Notes: generated by a model from the sequence alone, not told the origin. Counted from the first letter of the stretch, positions 12,051-25,996 are shown. The stretch is 64,000 bases of DNA from Octopus sinensis (GCF_006345805.1 NC_043006.1:16430001-16494000), one strand, 5' to 3'. Numbers and translations are program-made.

Positions 12051-12968
12051 GCAGGGGGTAAAGTGGAGGATTATGTATATTGTTTTAACATACACTTTTC
12101 CATCCTTGCACGGGTCTGCCAAATTCACTCACAAGACTTCAGTCAGCTTTGGGCTATCATTGAAAATGCCCAAGGTGCCATGTATGGGGACTGATCCTGA
12201 AACCATTTGGTCAGGAAGTAAACTTCTTAGTTATCCACACAGCCTTACCTAGAAGTTTGTATATAGTAATTTGGTAGTTTTCTCTTCAAGAAAAGACACA
12301 TTTGAGATTAAATTAGACAAAACATCATTGTTGATTGTATTAGTCTTTGAAAGTTATTATCCTGGTACATTTTCCTATGTCTGGAAGCAAACAAAGAGAC
12401 CAACCCATTCATGTCACTGGACACCATAAAGCTTGACCTCATTTTCTAATCCCAACCCCACCTTATCCTTATCTGTGCATTCATCTAGGTGTATTTCTGA
12501 ATTGTTTCATTCACTTGCATCAACCTATTAAGTATTTCAAAGCTGTGTAACGTTGTTCAACATGAAGTGGCTTTTTATGTAAGCCTTATTGTAACATAAC
12601 ATACGTAATCTGATTGTGTTTTGATGTGAATATCCCTCACTAAATAATAGAAAGTTTAACACTGCTGGCAGGTAAGGAAGGGCATGTGATAGCCATGTAG
12701 TTTATGTAACCATTGGCACTTAATTCCCACCATCTTTGTATAAGGGCCTAAAGAATTATTACCTGAGACTCATTTGTTTGATTCCCCCAGCCCCACTTCG
12801 AGAATAGTTTACCTTAGCCATGGCCTTTGATGCCAAAAATATTTATATGCAAAGAAAAACAAATGTATTGGTCTTTTACAGCTTATTTAATAGTAAGGAA
12901 TATGTTTGACGTAAAACATGAAATTTTCTTACTATATATATATATATATATATATACATATATACACA

Positions 12969-13353
12969 CGAGCAAAACGCTCCCTGTCCAACGGACGGTG
13001 CTGAGTTGTCAAACATTTAAACCAAATTTTCTCAAAACAACTTGTTCGACCGTCCCATTTTGTGGCATTATTTCAAGCCGGCCAGCTTTTTCGCGCAAAC
13101 TGCACATGCATTTTTCTCGCATACGCATAGTATCGATCACAACAGCTGATGTACTTGTGTGTACAAATGCACGTTCCCACGGCTTTATCGATTGCATTCT
13201 CACCTAGAATCGATTTTTGTAATTTTTTTCAAGACTTATACACCCCTTGATACCATCGGTATCTACATATCAAATTTGAGCGCAATCGGATGGAGGATGC
13301 CCGAGATCCTAGAAGACACACACAAAGACAGACAACGGATTTTATATAATAGA
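12969..13353 (-). mobile_element. Non-autonomous Helitron-like element
   Basis: Minus strand starts A|TC-TATTATATAAAA and ends CTCG|T, with hairpin CCGTCC-GTT-GGAC(A)GG about 10 nt before the end; no TSD. Confidence 0.6.
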
Positions 13354-13919
13354 TACACACACACACACACAAATCTTGTCCATTGTCTACAACTATGACT
13401 GACTTCATGAATCAAAATTATGTATATAAATAAGTACATGGTTTGATCAGTAAGTATCCAGACTGTTGCCATAGGTAAAATTTGATGCAGATTCTCAGCT
13501 CAATTTTTCTGTCGGGGTCATTGCAACAATTACACGCTACATACCTTCCTTCCAAGCACTGCTGTAAACAGTAGAAGTGAGCTAGAATGTTAAAACTTAG
13601 TGTGCATGCACATCAAAGTTCAAGGTCAATCTGTGCCAAGCGACTTCACTCTGTATGCTTTAGCTTCATCACTATGGCAACAATACTAGTATGTACTAGT
13701 ATATACATATCTGCTATTATCTATATAAGCATATACTATATCTATATAAACATTTATGTATGTATCTATTTATCTATATAAATATAATTAAGGGTTTAGC
13801 AACAATTATATTTATAATTATATAAAAAAAACTTTTTGTATAAGTTTTTACCAATAAATGGTTTTTTTCTCCATACTGAACCTACTTCGTAAAATTTATT
13901 TATTATTAAATTAATAATT

Positions 13920-14173
13920 AATTGCAGTGTGGAAGGTGTTTGTAAGCCATTTAAGAAACACACAAAAGCCGTTCGATTCACTTCAACATTTAAGTTTAAT
14001 TTGTCAGTTAGTAACTGTTACTTTCTCAGATGCAGCACAGATTTTTGTCAGTGCACCAGTCGCGGATTTTAGCGACGAAAATATTTTGACAAATTAAACT
14101 TAAATGTTGAAGTGAATCGAATGGCTTTTGTGTGTTTCTTAAATGGCTTACAAACACCTTCCACGCTGCAATT
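13920..14173. repeat. 87-bp inverted repeat (13920-14006 / 14087-14173) with an 80-bp spacer
   Basis: Arms differ at 2 positions; both derive from the hammerhead-bearing repeat. Confidence 0.9.
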
Positions 14174-14235
14174 GTTTTCGTTCCAGCACACGATCTCAGA
14201 TCAAATCACTTGCTATGCAAGTACATCTCCGAAAT
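14036..14235 (+). mobile_element. ~200-bp hammerhead-bearing repeat, copy 2
   Basis: Homologous to 3324-3524; perfect 7-bp stem I TTTGTCA/TGACAAA, but the core reads GTGCACCA (mutated). Confidence 0.65.
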
Positions 14236-14856
14236 TAATAATTCTTTACCCTATATCTGTAATGAGTATCTATCTATCTATCTATCTATCTATATATATT
14301 TATATATATATATATATATATATTGCCTTCAATGAGTACAGTGTGTTCATTGCTGACTCTTCCATTTTCTGGGATGCAAGATAGCCTCTCTAGTCGTGGT
14401 GCTATGATAAAATGCACTGTGTATACCCTTTAGAAACTGAGCCAAAAAGCAAAGGAGACACGGTCCTCCAATATACTGGCAAAGGCAGTACCTCCAGTTG
14501 GACCAACACCCGTCTAACGTTTGATTGGGATAGTGTATGTGTGAATTTCATTTCAAAACCATTTGGTTTGGAGTTCAGTCTTATTACAGAGCACCTTGGG
14601 CAAGTGTCTTCTAATATAGCCTTGGGCTGAAGAAAACCTTGTGAGTGATTGAAACTAAAGCCCATCATACACAGGCACTCGCATGCACAATGGGCTTCTT
14701 CCAGTTTCCCTTTACCAAATTGACTCAAAAAGTTTTGGCTAGCCTGAGGCTATAGTAGAAAACACTTGCATAAAGTGTCATGCAGTGGGGTTGAACCTGA
14801 AACTGTGTGGTTGGTTGACAAGCAAACTTCTTAATCACACAATAATTATATGTATA

Positions 14857-15049
14857 CTCTTTTACCCTTTTACTTGTTTCCGTCATTTGACTGTGGCCAT
14901 GCTGGAGCACCACCTTTAGTCAAGCAAATCGACCCCAGTACTTATTCTATCGGTCTCTTTTGCTGAACTGCTAAGTTACGGGGACGTAAACACACCAGCA
15001 TCAGTTGTCAAGCGATGTTGGGGGGACAAACACAGACACACAAACATAT

Positions 15050-15097
<48 letters not shown>

Positions 15098-15354
15098 TAT
15101 ATATATACATACATATTCATACACATACATACATATACATATCTATATATATATATTATATATATATATATATATACACACACATATATACGATGGGCTT
15201 CTTTCAGTTTTCATCTACCAAATCCACTCACAGGGCTTTGGTCAGCCCGAGGCTATAGTAGAAGACACTTGCCCAAGGTGCCACACAGTGGGACTGAACC
15301 CGGAACCATGGGGCTGGTAAGCAAGCTACTTACCACACAGCCACTCCTATGCCT
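14857..15354 (-). mobile_element. SINE-C full-length with expanded internal (TA)n/(CA)n
   Basis: Head and tail homologous to 3545. Confidence 0.9.
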
Positions 15355-15974
15355 ATAATTTTGTTTGTAAATATGTATTATTGAAATGTCAGTAATTCTG
15401 CAACAATTGCCAGATATTGTAATTGCGTAGATACAATAAATATTGCTCAAATCCTAAACTCATCCAAGCTTTCAAATTTGTCATTTTCTTCCCATAAGAG
15501 TGTATTTGAAGCATCAATAATTATTAACAAAAAGCATTATAGGATTAACAATTAATTATTGGTGTTTGGGGAAGGAATTGTACACTTATACTATAACACT
15601 AACCTTTTAAATTTTCTCCCACCAGATAATTAATTTGTTTAGCTTCTAAGGCAGTACAACGATTTAGTGACGATGCACCAGACTATATCTCTTACAATTT
15701 GAGTTCAATTTTTAGTAAATTTAGTTTGGTTTCATTTCTTTTTTGTTATCACTTCTACTTTTCCTCATTTGTATGGGTCAGACATATATGGCTTGTCTTC
15801 GCCAACCCTCGCCTGTTTCCGAGCAAAATAATATTTCTCCAAACTCGGACATATTTTCTTGGAAGATTGGAGATGCACACCACTTGTATGATGGTGATGC
15901 TTGTTTACAACTATAACATGATGTCAAGACCAAAGAACAGAAGTGCATGCATACACAAACACTCACGTAAATAT

Positions 15975-16141
15975 ACAGCATGGTTGTGTGGTAAGAAGCT
16001 TGCTTCTCAACCATAGTTCTGGGTTCAGTTCTGCTGCTTGGCACCTGAGGCAAATGACTTCTATCTTAGTCTCAGGTTGACCAAAGCCTTGTGAGTGGAT
16101 TTCATTGATGGAAACTGGAAGAAGTCCATTGTATACATATA

Positions 16142-16177
<36 letters not shown>

Positions 16178-16245
16178 GTATGTATGTATGTATGTATGTA
16201 TGTATGTATGTATGTATGTATGTATGTATTATGTATGTATGTATG

Positions 16246-16276
<31 letters not shown>

Positions 16277-16281
16277 TGTGG

Positions 16282-16312
<31 letters not shown>

Positions 16313-16402
16313 TGTGTGTGTGTGTGTGGTGTGTGTGTGTATGTATGTATGTTATGTATGTATGTATGTATGTATGTATATATATATGTATGTATGTATA
16401 TA

Positions 16403-16435
<33 letters not shown>

Positions 16436-16461
16436 ATTATATATATGTATGTATGTATATA

Positions 16462-16497
<36 letters not shown>

Positions 16498-16720
16498 TAT
16501 ATGTATGTATGTATATATATATGTATATATATGTATGTTTATTTATGTGTGTCTGTGTTTATGTCCCCTGTAATTTAGCTCAGTAAAAGATACTGATAAG
16601 AATAAGTACTAGGCTTACAAAGAATATGTCAGAGTCGATTTCTTTGACTAAAATCCTCTTAAATGGTGTTCCAGTTTGGCTGCAGCCAAATAACTGAAAC
16701 AAGTAGAAGAATAAAAGAAT
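15975..16720 (+). mobile_element. Older SINE-C copy with a ~410-bp internal compound microsatellite
   Basis: Decayed head and tail flank (TATG)n/(TG)n/(TA)n at ~16135-16545. Confidence 0.75.
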
Positions 16721-18051
16721 ATATACATATCAGCATGGAAAATAGGCAGTAAAACAATGCTGAGGAGGACACATATATCCATACATATACAACAAGCTTC
16801 TTTCAGTTTCTATTCACCAAATCTACTCACGAGGCTTTAATCAAGGTATCACACAGTGGGACTGAATTTGGAACCATGTGATTGAAAAACAAAGTTCTTA
16901 ACCACACATTCATGCCTGCTCCTTTTTCCCCAGTCAAATTCTGTATCAGATTGGCCAGTAACTTTGCCAAACTTTTGGGCATGATAGAACTGTAAAGACA
17001 ACTACAGTATTTTATAGTCAAAGACTCTCCTGGTCATATTTGCAAAATATTGTAAAAAAATATAAGAGATTGTGTGTCAATAGACATGAATCATAAAAGC
17101 GAATTTCAACTCCATTTCACTAAAGAGATGACTATTGTCACACCATCGCATTCTTTCTACAGTAAAAAAGACAGTCTGTCTAAAAGAGAAATTAATATCT
17201 TAAGGAACAGATTTTAAAAAATTTCAGTGTAAATATAAAATTTTAAAAGTTAAATATGAAAACCAGAATCCTTTTAATGTGGATGATTATCATTGCAGCC
17301 TTAAATTTGTTGTTATTAAAATCTCACCAGAGTTGACTGTTTATCTCTTTCCTCTAGGGACCATAGAACAAGTACAAGTATTGTCCTCTCATTGACAAAG
17401 AATAGTCTAAGAAATTGTTCATTTTTGAGATATGTATATGTGGGGGGTACCCCTACTCCTGCATCCCCACACAAACATATTTTATATGGTTGTATGTATA
17501 TGCAAACAAGTGTGTGTGCGTTTGTGTGTATGGTATGTGTCCTTTTTTCCCAACCCTTTGTGCTGCAATATAATTGCAAAAGAATAGTGATGACAAAATC
17601 TTTTGCCCTTAAAATATTTAATAAAATATAAAAGAAAAGTTGAGGGAAGCCATAGGGATAGGAGCCCCATTTAATGCAGAATATTTCTCCATTTCTCCCA
17701 AGAAAATTATAAAATGTAAAGTGTTCCCCATTGCAAAATATTTCTAAAAGGTCTCAGATTTATAATTTGCGAAAATGTGCTACAATCATCAAAACTGAGA
17801 ATTACTGGCATACATGTATGTGTTTGTATAAATGTGTAATACATATGTACTTACACACACAGATACAGTTTAGCTTAACTGGTAATTTGGAAATCAGATT
17901 TTTTTAACATCATTTCCATTTAAGTTGTATTGTAGCCTTGTAATCTATATGAAAATAATCATTAAATATTCAACAAATGTTTGACATCTTGTGAAAATAT
18001 CTTTCAACTTCCCATGTTACATATATCGGTGTGAGATCCTATTTGTGCTTA

Positions 18052-18368
18052 GTGCCGCCCTGACTGGCTTCCGTGCCAGTGGCACGTAAAAAGCACCATC
18101 TGACCGTGGCCATTGCCAGCTTCGTCTGGTCTCCGTGCCGGTGGCACGTAAAAGGCACCATCCAATCATGGCCGTTCGCCAGCCTCGTCTGGCACCTAAA
18201 AAGCACCCACGACACTCACGGAGTGGTTGGCATTAGGAAGGGCATCCAGCTGTAGAAACACTGCCAGATCAGACTGGGCCTGATGCAGCCTTCTGGCTTC
18301 CAAGACCCCAGTTGAACCGTCCAACCCATGCTAGCATAGAAAGCGGACGTTAAATGATGATGATGATG
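18052..18368 (+). mobile_element. SINE-A copy
   Basis: Homology to other copies; (GAT)n tail. Confidence 0.85.
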
Positions 18369-18861
18369 CAGAATATATTTTATTCTCCCCTGGGGCATTT
18401 TCCCACAAAGCCATTTTCTTTACAGTTTTGAATAGTCATTCATAGAGGTGAGGGTTAATCATTTTAACACCCACTTTTCCATGTTTGCATGGATCAGATG
18501 GAATTCATTGAGACAGATTTTTCTACAGCCAGATACTCTTCCTGTTGCGAACCCTCATGGCCTGATACATTTTCATGGAAACTGGAAGTGAGGGATTCCG
18601 CTTGTACAATGGTGACACTCAGAAATAACTGTCACTTAATGTCGACATAAGGGGGATACAAATACACTCACATATATATGATAGGCTCTTCTTTTAGTTT
18701 CCAGTGTACCAAATCTATTCACAAGGCTTTGGTCAGCCTGGAGCTATAACAAGATATTTAGCCAAGTGGGATTATCTCCTTAACCCTGTAGTAGTGAAAC
18801 CAGTCAAATCCAGCTCAAATATTCTACATGTTTTATGTTCAAATTGGCCTTATCTAACCTC

Positions 18862-19180
18862 TCATCATCATTGTTTGACCGTGGTCGAGACAATGGAATT
18901 TACTATGTTACGCCAGACTTCACGGTCCATCATAGCATTACAGAGGTCTTGTTGCTGGATGCCTGTGTCCCTGGAGACTACATCAGGGTAGGAGAGTGTG
19001 TGCCCTCTGGTATTGCGAGCAGATGGCTTCCAGAGGAGAAGAGTAGAAATTACCTCATTTTCAGCTCTACAACAATGTCCAGCAAACTGGACTCTTCTAC
19101 CTTTCACAAGAGATGATACAGGTGGTAATTTCCCATATATTTGTACTTTGGTTGGATGACATTTCCACGAGTGATTCTAG
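18862..19180 (-). pseudogene. RTE/RTE-X LINE 3' end
   Basis: Minus strand reads NHSWKCHPTKVQIYGKLPPVSSLVKGRRVQFAGHCCRAENEVISTLLLWKP...DTGIQQQDLCNAMMDREVWR, then a (TGA)n tail. Confidence 0.85.
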
Positions 19181-19720
19181 AAATTAACAATCACATTATT
19201 GAAAGCTCAAAGCTACAAAATAATGCATGATTAATTCAAAAGAATTTGAGTAAAAAAAAAAGCATTACATTTAACAGAATAATCTGGACACACAAGTATA
19301 GACCACACAAGCATAAAACTATAAAGTTAAGAAACAAAAGTAATAAATTTGAAGTTTGGCTTCAATTTTCAATTTCTTTGTGTATAAGTGAGGCTGTAAC
19401 TAATATACAAAACCATTTTACTCTGTTGCAAGGTTATGTCTAACACTTCATTGAAAAATGTATCACCAATTTCTTTGGCCTGCTTGTTGACACAATTTAT
19501 GAAATCATGGGGTTAAATTTCACTACATCTATTAGACCTTGAAGCATGAGACTGTTTACGTAAGTCACTCTTGGAAGATGGGAAAAAAAACAAATATTTT
19601 TCTCATACCTCAGTTGTGTGGTGAGAAAAGTTTTCTTACTATAAAAGGTATTGGTTTCAATATCATATGTAAATATATACTTGAATAGAAATATGATTTT
19701 TCATACTCATTCCATGTTCT

Positions 19721-20019
19721 GTGGAGGCACATGACCTAGTGGTTAGGGCAGCAGACTCGCGGTTGAGGGATCGCAGGTTCGAATCTCAGACCGGGCGATG
19801 TGTTTTTATGAGCGAAACACCTAAGCTCCACGCGGCTCTGGCAGAAGGTAATGGCGAACTTCTGCTAACTCTTTTGCCACAACTTTCTCTCACTCTTTCC
19901 TCCTGCATCTTGCAGCTCACCTGCAATGGACCAGCGTCCTGTCCAAGTAGGGAACCTATATGCCAAGGAAACTGGGAAACCAGCCCTTATGAGCCAGGCA
20001 TGGCTCAAGAAGGAACAAA
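19721..20019 (+). mobile_element. SINE-D copy
   Basis: A-box and B-box (GGTTCGAATC); 10-bp TSD CATTCCATGT at 19708-19717 and 20020-20029. Confidence 0.85.
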
Positions 20020-20698
20020 CATTCCATGTGCTAATCATTTCATTCCACTTATATTGCTCTTGAGAAAAGTACAAGACTCAATAAGCAATTTCACTGTCCT
20101 TTTTCTATAATTTTGAGCCTTTGTCTAGAAGTTATCTTGCACTGCTTTTGTTTAACATCAAAAGCCCAGTCTTGTAATAATTCCATTACAAAACAGAAAC
20201 AAATAACAAAGGAAGAGCTTAGTTTTCTTCTTCACTACCCATGCCATCATGGAAGGCGGACGTTAAACGATGATGATGATTAGAGAGTTCCTTCTAAGTG
20301 GGTGTAAATATAGTTAGAAAGTTTGTACAATTCATGTGTTATGATGCATTTTAGAACTGGCTGGCCAATGTAGTCTCATGTGGTTCTTGTACAATAGTAA
20401 AGGAAGCAAAAGAGTTAACTATCCCTCTATCATATTCATTTTGTTGATGCTAAGAATGGCAGCTACCTTCATTTTTGGTTTCTAATGTACTAGAATGTGA
20501 AAGGAATAAATATAAAATTGCAATGCCTTCAGTTGACACAGTTGTATCTGATCATCATATTTTAACCTTTACATTATTGAGTGGAACTGTCTAGACTTTG
20601 AGATAGAGTATAGAGATGTTTGACTACAGAGATGATTGATTGCCGCTGCTTGATGGTTGGTTGTTACTGTTATTGTTGTTGCTAGCCTATTAGGATTA

Positions 20699-21022
20699 CA
20701 TCATCATCATCATCATCATCATCGTTTAATATCCACTTTCCATGCTAGCATGGGTTGGATGATTTGACTGAGGACTGGCAAACCAGATGGCTGCACCAGG
20801 CTCCAATCTGATCTGGCAGAGTTTCTACAGCTGGATGCCCTTCCTAACGCCAACCACTCCGAGAGAGTAGTGGGTGCTGTTATGTGCCACCGGCACGAGG
20901 GCCAGTCTGGCGGTAATGGCAACGGCCACGCTCAAAAATGGTGTTGTTTATGTGCCATCTGCACAGGAGTCAGTCCAGCAGCACTGGCAATGACCTCGCT
21001 CGAATGTTTTGTTCACGTGCCA
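20699..21022 (-). mobile_element. SINE-A copy
   Basis: Homology to other copies; (CAT)n at the left. Confidence 0.85.
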
Positions 21023-21029
21023 GTGAGAC

Positions 21030-21216
21030 GACGCTAGCATGAAATACCATGATGTGACTGCTCGCCCTCCCACCAACTTTGCTTTCTTTTGAAAGACTTT
21101 CCTTTCGCTAAGACCACCAGGCAAAAGAAAGCAGCCTGCTCTTCCTGGCCATAGGAAGGCGGTGGGACTATCCTCACAATGGACTCAGCCAATAACCAGA
21201 TTCGTTCTACATGCAA
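21030..21216 (-). pseudogene. Possible Tx1/L1-type ORF2 C-terminal fragment
   Basis: Minus-strand peptide AESIVRIVPPPSYGQEEQAAFFCLVVLAK resembles Tx1-type C-termini as I recall them; not verified by search. Confidence 0.35.
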
Positions 21217-21274
21217 TAGTGGGTGTTACTGATGATGATGATAATAACAAACTATAGTCTATAGGCACAAGGCT

Positions 21275-21715
21275 TGAAATTGGAGGGAGGGGCTGGGGCT
21301 ATTTGATTACATCACCCACCCCACTCCCCCGTCTTTGGTATTTAATTTATTGGCCCTAAAAGGATGAAAGGCAAAGTCAGCTTTTGGCAGAATATGAATT
21401 CAGAATGTAAAGACAGATGAAATTCCACTAAGCATTTTTTACCTGACACTTTAACAATTCTGCTAATAATACTGATAATAATAATCCTTTCTACTATAGG
21501 TACAAGGCCTGAAATTTGGAGGAGGGAATAGGTCGATCATATTGACCCCAGTGCTTTACTGGTACATAATTTATCAACCCCGAAAGGATGAAAGGCAAAG
21601 TCTCAGCCTCTGCAGAATTTAAACTCAGAACGTTGTGGTAGACAAGATACTGCTAAGCATTTCACCCTGTATGCTAACGAGTCTCACAGCTCACTGCCTT
21701 AATAATAATAATAAT
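21275..21715 (-). mobile_element. Cluster of older SINE-B copies with the alternative tail (CAGGCCTTGTGCCTATAGTAGAAAGGATTATT)
   Basis: Shares the B central domain; (AAT)n tails. Confidence 0.7.
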
Positions 21716-21888
21716 TATTATTTTCTATACTACCCACAAGGGGCTAAACGGATTAAGTCGATTATGTCAACCCCAGTGCATAACTGGTACTTATTTAATC
21801 AATCCCAAAAGGATGAAAGACAAAGTCGACATTGTCTACTAGAGGTACAAGCCTGAAATTATGCAGGAAGGAAGTAGTCCATTATATC

Positions 21889-22121
21889 TATTTCTTTACT
21901 ACCCACAAGGGGCTAAACACAGAGGGGACAAACAAGGACAGACATAGGTATTAAGTCGATTACATCGACTCCAGTGCGTAACTGGTACTTAATTTATCGA
22001 CCCCGAAAGGATGAAAGGCAAAGTCGACCTCGGTGGAATTTGAACTCAGAATATAACGGCAGACGAAATACCGCTAAGCATTTTGCCCGGCGTGCTAATG
22101 TTTCTGCCAGCTCGCCGCCTT
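21889..22121 (-). mobile_element. SINE-B full-length
   Basis: 15-bp TSD GTAGTCCATTATATC at 21874-21888 and 22122-22136. Confidence 0.9.
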
Positions 22122-22367
22122 GTAGTCCATTATATCGACTCCCCAATGCTCAATTGGGGGTCAATTTCACTGACATGACACCCCATTTCCCTGACCAGGA
22201 GGAAAGGCAAAATTGACCACCCTCCATCGACAAGTAATGATAGCACTGTCAGCACATTGCTGAACATGTATAGGGGTAAATATGCCTCTGTTACAAAGAA
22301 GAGGAATGAAAATAAAAATAGGGAAAATGACCTATATTGACATCAGTTCTATTATTTTATAATAATA

Positions 22368-22733
22368 CTAGCAGTATCGCCCGGCGTTGCTCGGGTTTAT
22401 AAGGGAAATAACTATATAAGCATTTTTAGAGATGTAAAGTATAATAGCCATCTCAATATGGCTAACCACAAAGGGGGGTGTTACTGTAGCTTTTTACGTT
22501 CTGAGATTTAATAATACAATTTTAGAGAGTTATTTCCCTTATATAATAGCAAAAAATGCATTAAAAATGGAAAAAATTATGGTAGATGCGTGCTAATACA
22601 CAGAAGGGGTCGATATGAATCACGACTATAAGATACTCGCTTTTGGTTACACTGCACCGCAAAATGTGGGAGTAGTTAGGAATCTAAATCGTAGGAGACA
22701 GACAGCACACAACCTCACTTTTATATATAAAGA
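22368..22733 (-). mobile_element. Non-autonomous Helitron
   Basis: Minus strand A|TCTTTATATATAAAA ... hairpin CCCG-AGCAACGC-CGGG ... CTAG|T; canonical Helitron ends, no TSD. Confidence 0.8.
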
Positions 22734-23286
22734 TTTCCCTTTTGTCATATCTCCAAACTGGTGGCAGGGTGGGGCCTTCCACCCCACCCCACCGCACCTC
22801 TCCTAATTTGTCATCTCTATCATCTCGTTAATTATCATTCTTTACACGCATGCGCGCGCACACACACACACACACACACATGCAGGCAGACAGGCAGGCA
22901 GGCATGCACTCACACATACTCACACACTGTGGCACTCTGCATTCCTTGATGTTCCAGTTTGGTTTTTAAATGCCTATATGGCGCAATTAGGATGTGTTAG
23001 TTTAGTGGTAGCAGTAGTGGTGGTGGTGGTATTAGTTGTATTAACAAAACATTGCTTTTTTTTTTTTTTTTTTTACTTCTGACCTTGTTTGTCTTCTATC
23101 TCCCCCCTCCCCATCTTTTTTTTTGTAAATTCTATATACACACACATATATTTATATTTGTAGTATTGTGTATTCGCCCTAATGTTCTAAAAACATGTTA
23201 GATTATTGTGTTGGATAGTATCACTCTATTTTGATTTCCAGTTATAATCTTCTTTATTTCTTTTTTATCATTTTGTTTTAAAATTA

Positions 23287-23427
23287 TTAGGTTGTCCCAA
23301 AAGTTCGTAAACACTTGCGAAAATTGAATTTTTACTTGCCAAGTACTAACAAAAACAACAAAAATTATTCCTCAAAATAAAGACCATTATTTTCCAAGAC
23401 TTTCTACGAACTTTTGGGACAACCTTA
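23287..23427. mobile_element. 141-bp mariner-type MITE
   Basis: 23-bp TIRs T(T/A)AGGTTGTCCCAAAAGTTCGTA with TA on both sides. Confidence 0.85.
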
Positions 23428-23585
23428 TATTTGCCAATAGCAAATTAATATTGTCTTATACACACGCACGCGCACACACACACACGCACGCATGCGCACA
23501 CAGCTCATTAGATACCCTGACCCCAATGTTTGTTTTGTCTGTCCTGGTATCATCCCCTGTTTTTCTCAACCTTATGGTGAATAAA

Positions 23586-23635
<50 letters not shown>

Positions 23636-24995
23636 TCCATGGTTGCCCTGTCCTCCCTCCTCCTCCTGCTATTCCCTCATTCCACTTTCTCTGTCCCTCT
23701 GAAAATATTTCAGCTTATATCTATCTAGTCTAAAAATGCCTTTCCCCCACCACTTCAATAAGGTTTCCATACTGATAAGAGCTGAAGATTGTTGAAATCA
23801 ATGATACACCAGCTCTCACCTATAAACTTTGTGGTTGTTTATACCCAGCTGTTAGCATGTTAATATCTGCCTCTCTCTCTTCCATGCCAAGTACTGGCAT
23901 ATTTACTTTATATAGGTGCAAGCATTGCTGTGTAGTACAAAGTTTGCTTCCCACCTACATAGTTCAATCCCACTGCGTGGCACCTTGGTCAGGTGTCTTC
24001 TACTATAGCCTCAAGCCAACCAAACTAAGCCTTGTGAGTGGAATTGGTAAAAGGAAACTGAACGAATCCCATTGTGTGTGTGTGTGAGCACACGTGTATG
24101 TGTATGTGAGAGCACTCGTGTGTGTGAGCACTCGTGTGTGTGTGAGTGCACATGTGTGTGTGTGTGTGTGTGTGAGCGCACATGTGTGTGTGTGTGTGTG
24201 TGTGAGCGCACATGTGTGTGTGTGTTTGTATGAATATGCATTTATATGTGAGTGTGTATGTATATAACTGTGTACGTGTTTTTGTGTTTGTCCCTCACCA
24301 CAATGCTACAACGGTTTGTTTAGTGGTTCAGCAAAAGAGACCAATATAAGTACCAGACTTCAGAAAAATGTGCTGGGGGTCGATTTTCTTTCGACCAAAC
24401 CCCCAGCATTGCTGCGATCCAATGACTGAAACAAGTTAAAGATAAAAGATATATATGACTCTCATCGTGCTTGCATATGTCAGAGGGAATTCTTTGAAGC
24501 AGATTTTCTGTGATCAGATGCCCTTCTTGTAGGCAACCTTCTGTTTCAAGCAAGGTAACATTTTTCTGTGGCTGGACATGTTTTCAAGGTTGAAAATGGA
24601 CACAGCTTGTGTAACAGTGATGCATGCTTACAACTATCCCATGATGTCAGGATGAGGTGGGGTGGCATACATATATACGTGATTTTATGAAAATCACAAC
24701 TCCTTACCTTTAATTTCTGGCTCTACTCCCAACTCCTTTAATAAAACCTTTAACAAAAGAATCATTTTAGAGAAAGGATTTAAGTGAAAAAAGAAACAAC
24801 AGAAAAATATGTAACTTATTTAGAAACTGGTGGAACTTATTAGAAAATGGTGAATACAGTAATGCCTCAATGTATGAGTTTATTTGTTCCCAGAGACCAC
24901 TCATAAAGCAAGAACTCGTAAACAGAAAATAAAACTCGTAAACCCAGGGTTTTGTAAAGTGCATCCTTGTAAAGTGAGGTATTACTCTGTGTATG

Positions 24996-25046
<51 letters not shown>

Positions 25047-25996
25047 TTTATTTAAAGCAGCAGAAAATTCAACAAAACCTGTTACTCTGAGTTTCCTGTT
25101 GCCGTTCATCGGACAGTTTTTGCTAGAATGGAACCGATATGTCATATATATATATATATATATATATATATTTCTCTTTTCTTCATAAAAATTATTCTTC
25201 ATTAAAACATCATTTATTGGAAAACTACCTTATCTCATTGAATGCCATATTTTTTTTTTTTATAGGACCCTGCAGTTTCTCAAACCCCACTTTGAGAAAT
25301 ATTGCTATAAGGTAATTAAATGTCAGTAACTAAATGCAAAAGATGTGGAAATTTTAGAAGTGTAGGCTTAGTATAATGATAATATTTCCTTTCTGCTATG
25401 GGCACAAGGCCTGAAATATTGGTGGCAGGAGGCTAGTCAATTATGTCAGCTCCAGTACTTGACTGGTACTTTTGTTATCGACCCCTACCGAAAGGATGAA
25501 AAGCAATGTCAACCTCAGTGAAATTTGAATAATGATAATAATAATAATAATAATTACCGTAATAAAAAACTTATTGTATACAATGTTTAGGAGCAGTACA
25601 AGATCTCTTGTTATTTAGTTTATAGTTTATAAGGAATGTTGAAGATAACTGAACCGGAGAAAGTGGCTGCGCCTCTCCTTTCTTTCAGCTAATTTACCAT
25701 TAGTTTTATTGTTCTCTGAACGGAAAAGAAAAGAAGCTTAAGATTTATTTCTGACAGCCAACAATTTTAAGTACTCTTGTACTAACTTGGTTTGACATAA
25801 AACTGACATTGGCAGTGAAAGTATGATGATGATGATGATGATAGTGGTGGTAGTGATGATGATGAGGGAGGAGGGTGGTGGCAATTATGATAATCAGCAG
25901 TAGCAAGGGCTCTTAACTGGTAAACCCTAAGAAGATAACAAACCCCCATCACTCCAAGTTGGAATTTCCATATTGATTATCTTGTCTAATTATATA

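Noticed and set aside
16105-16586. 132-157-aa MYVC-repeat ORFs
   Set aside because: Translation of a compound microsatellite.
24070-24230. Regularly spaced GAGCAC/GAGCGC motifs in (GT)n that look like a CRISPR array
   Set aside because: The spacers are simple GT repeats; this is a compound microsatellite in a eukaryotic context with no cas genes.
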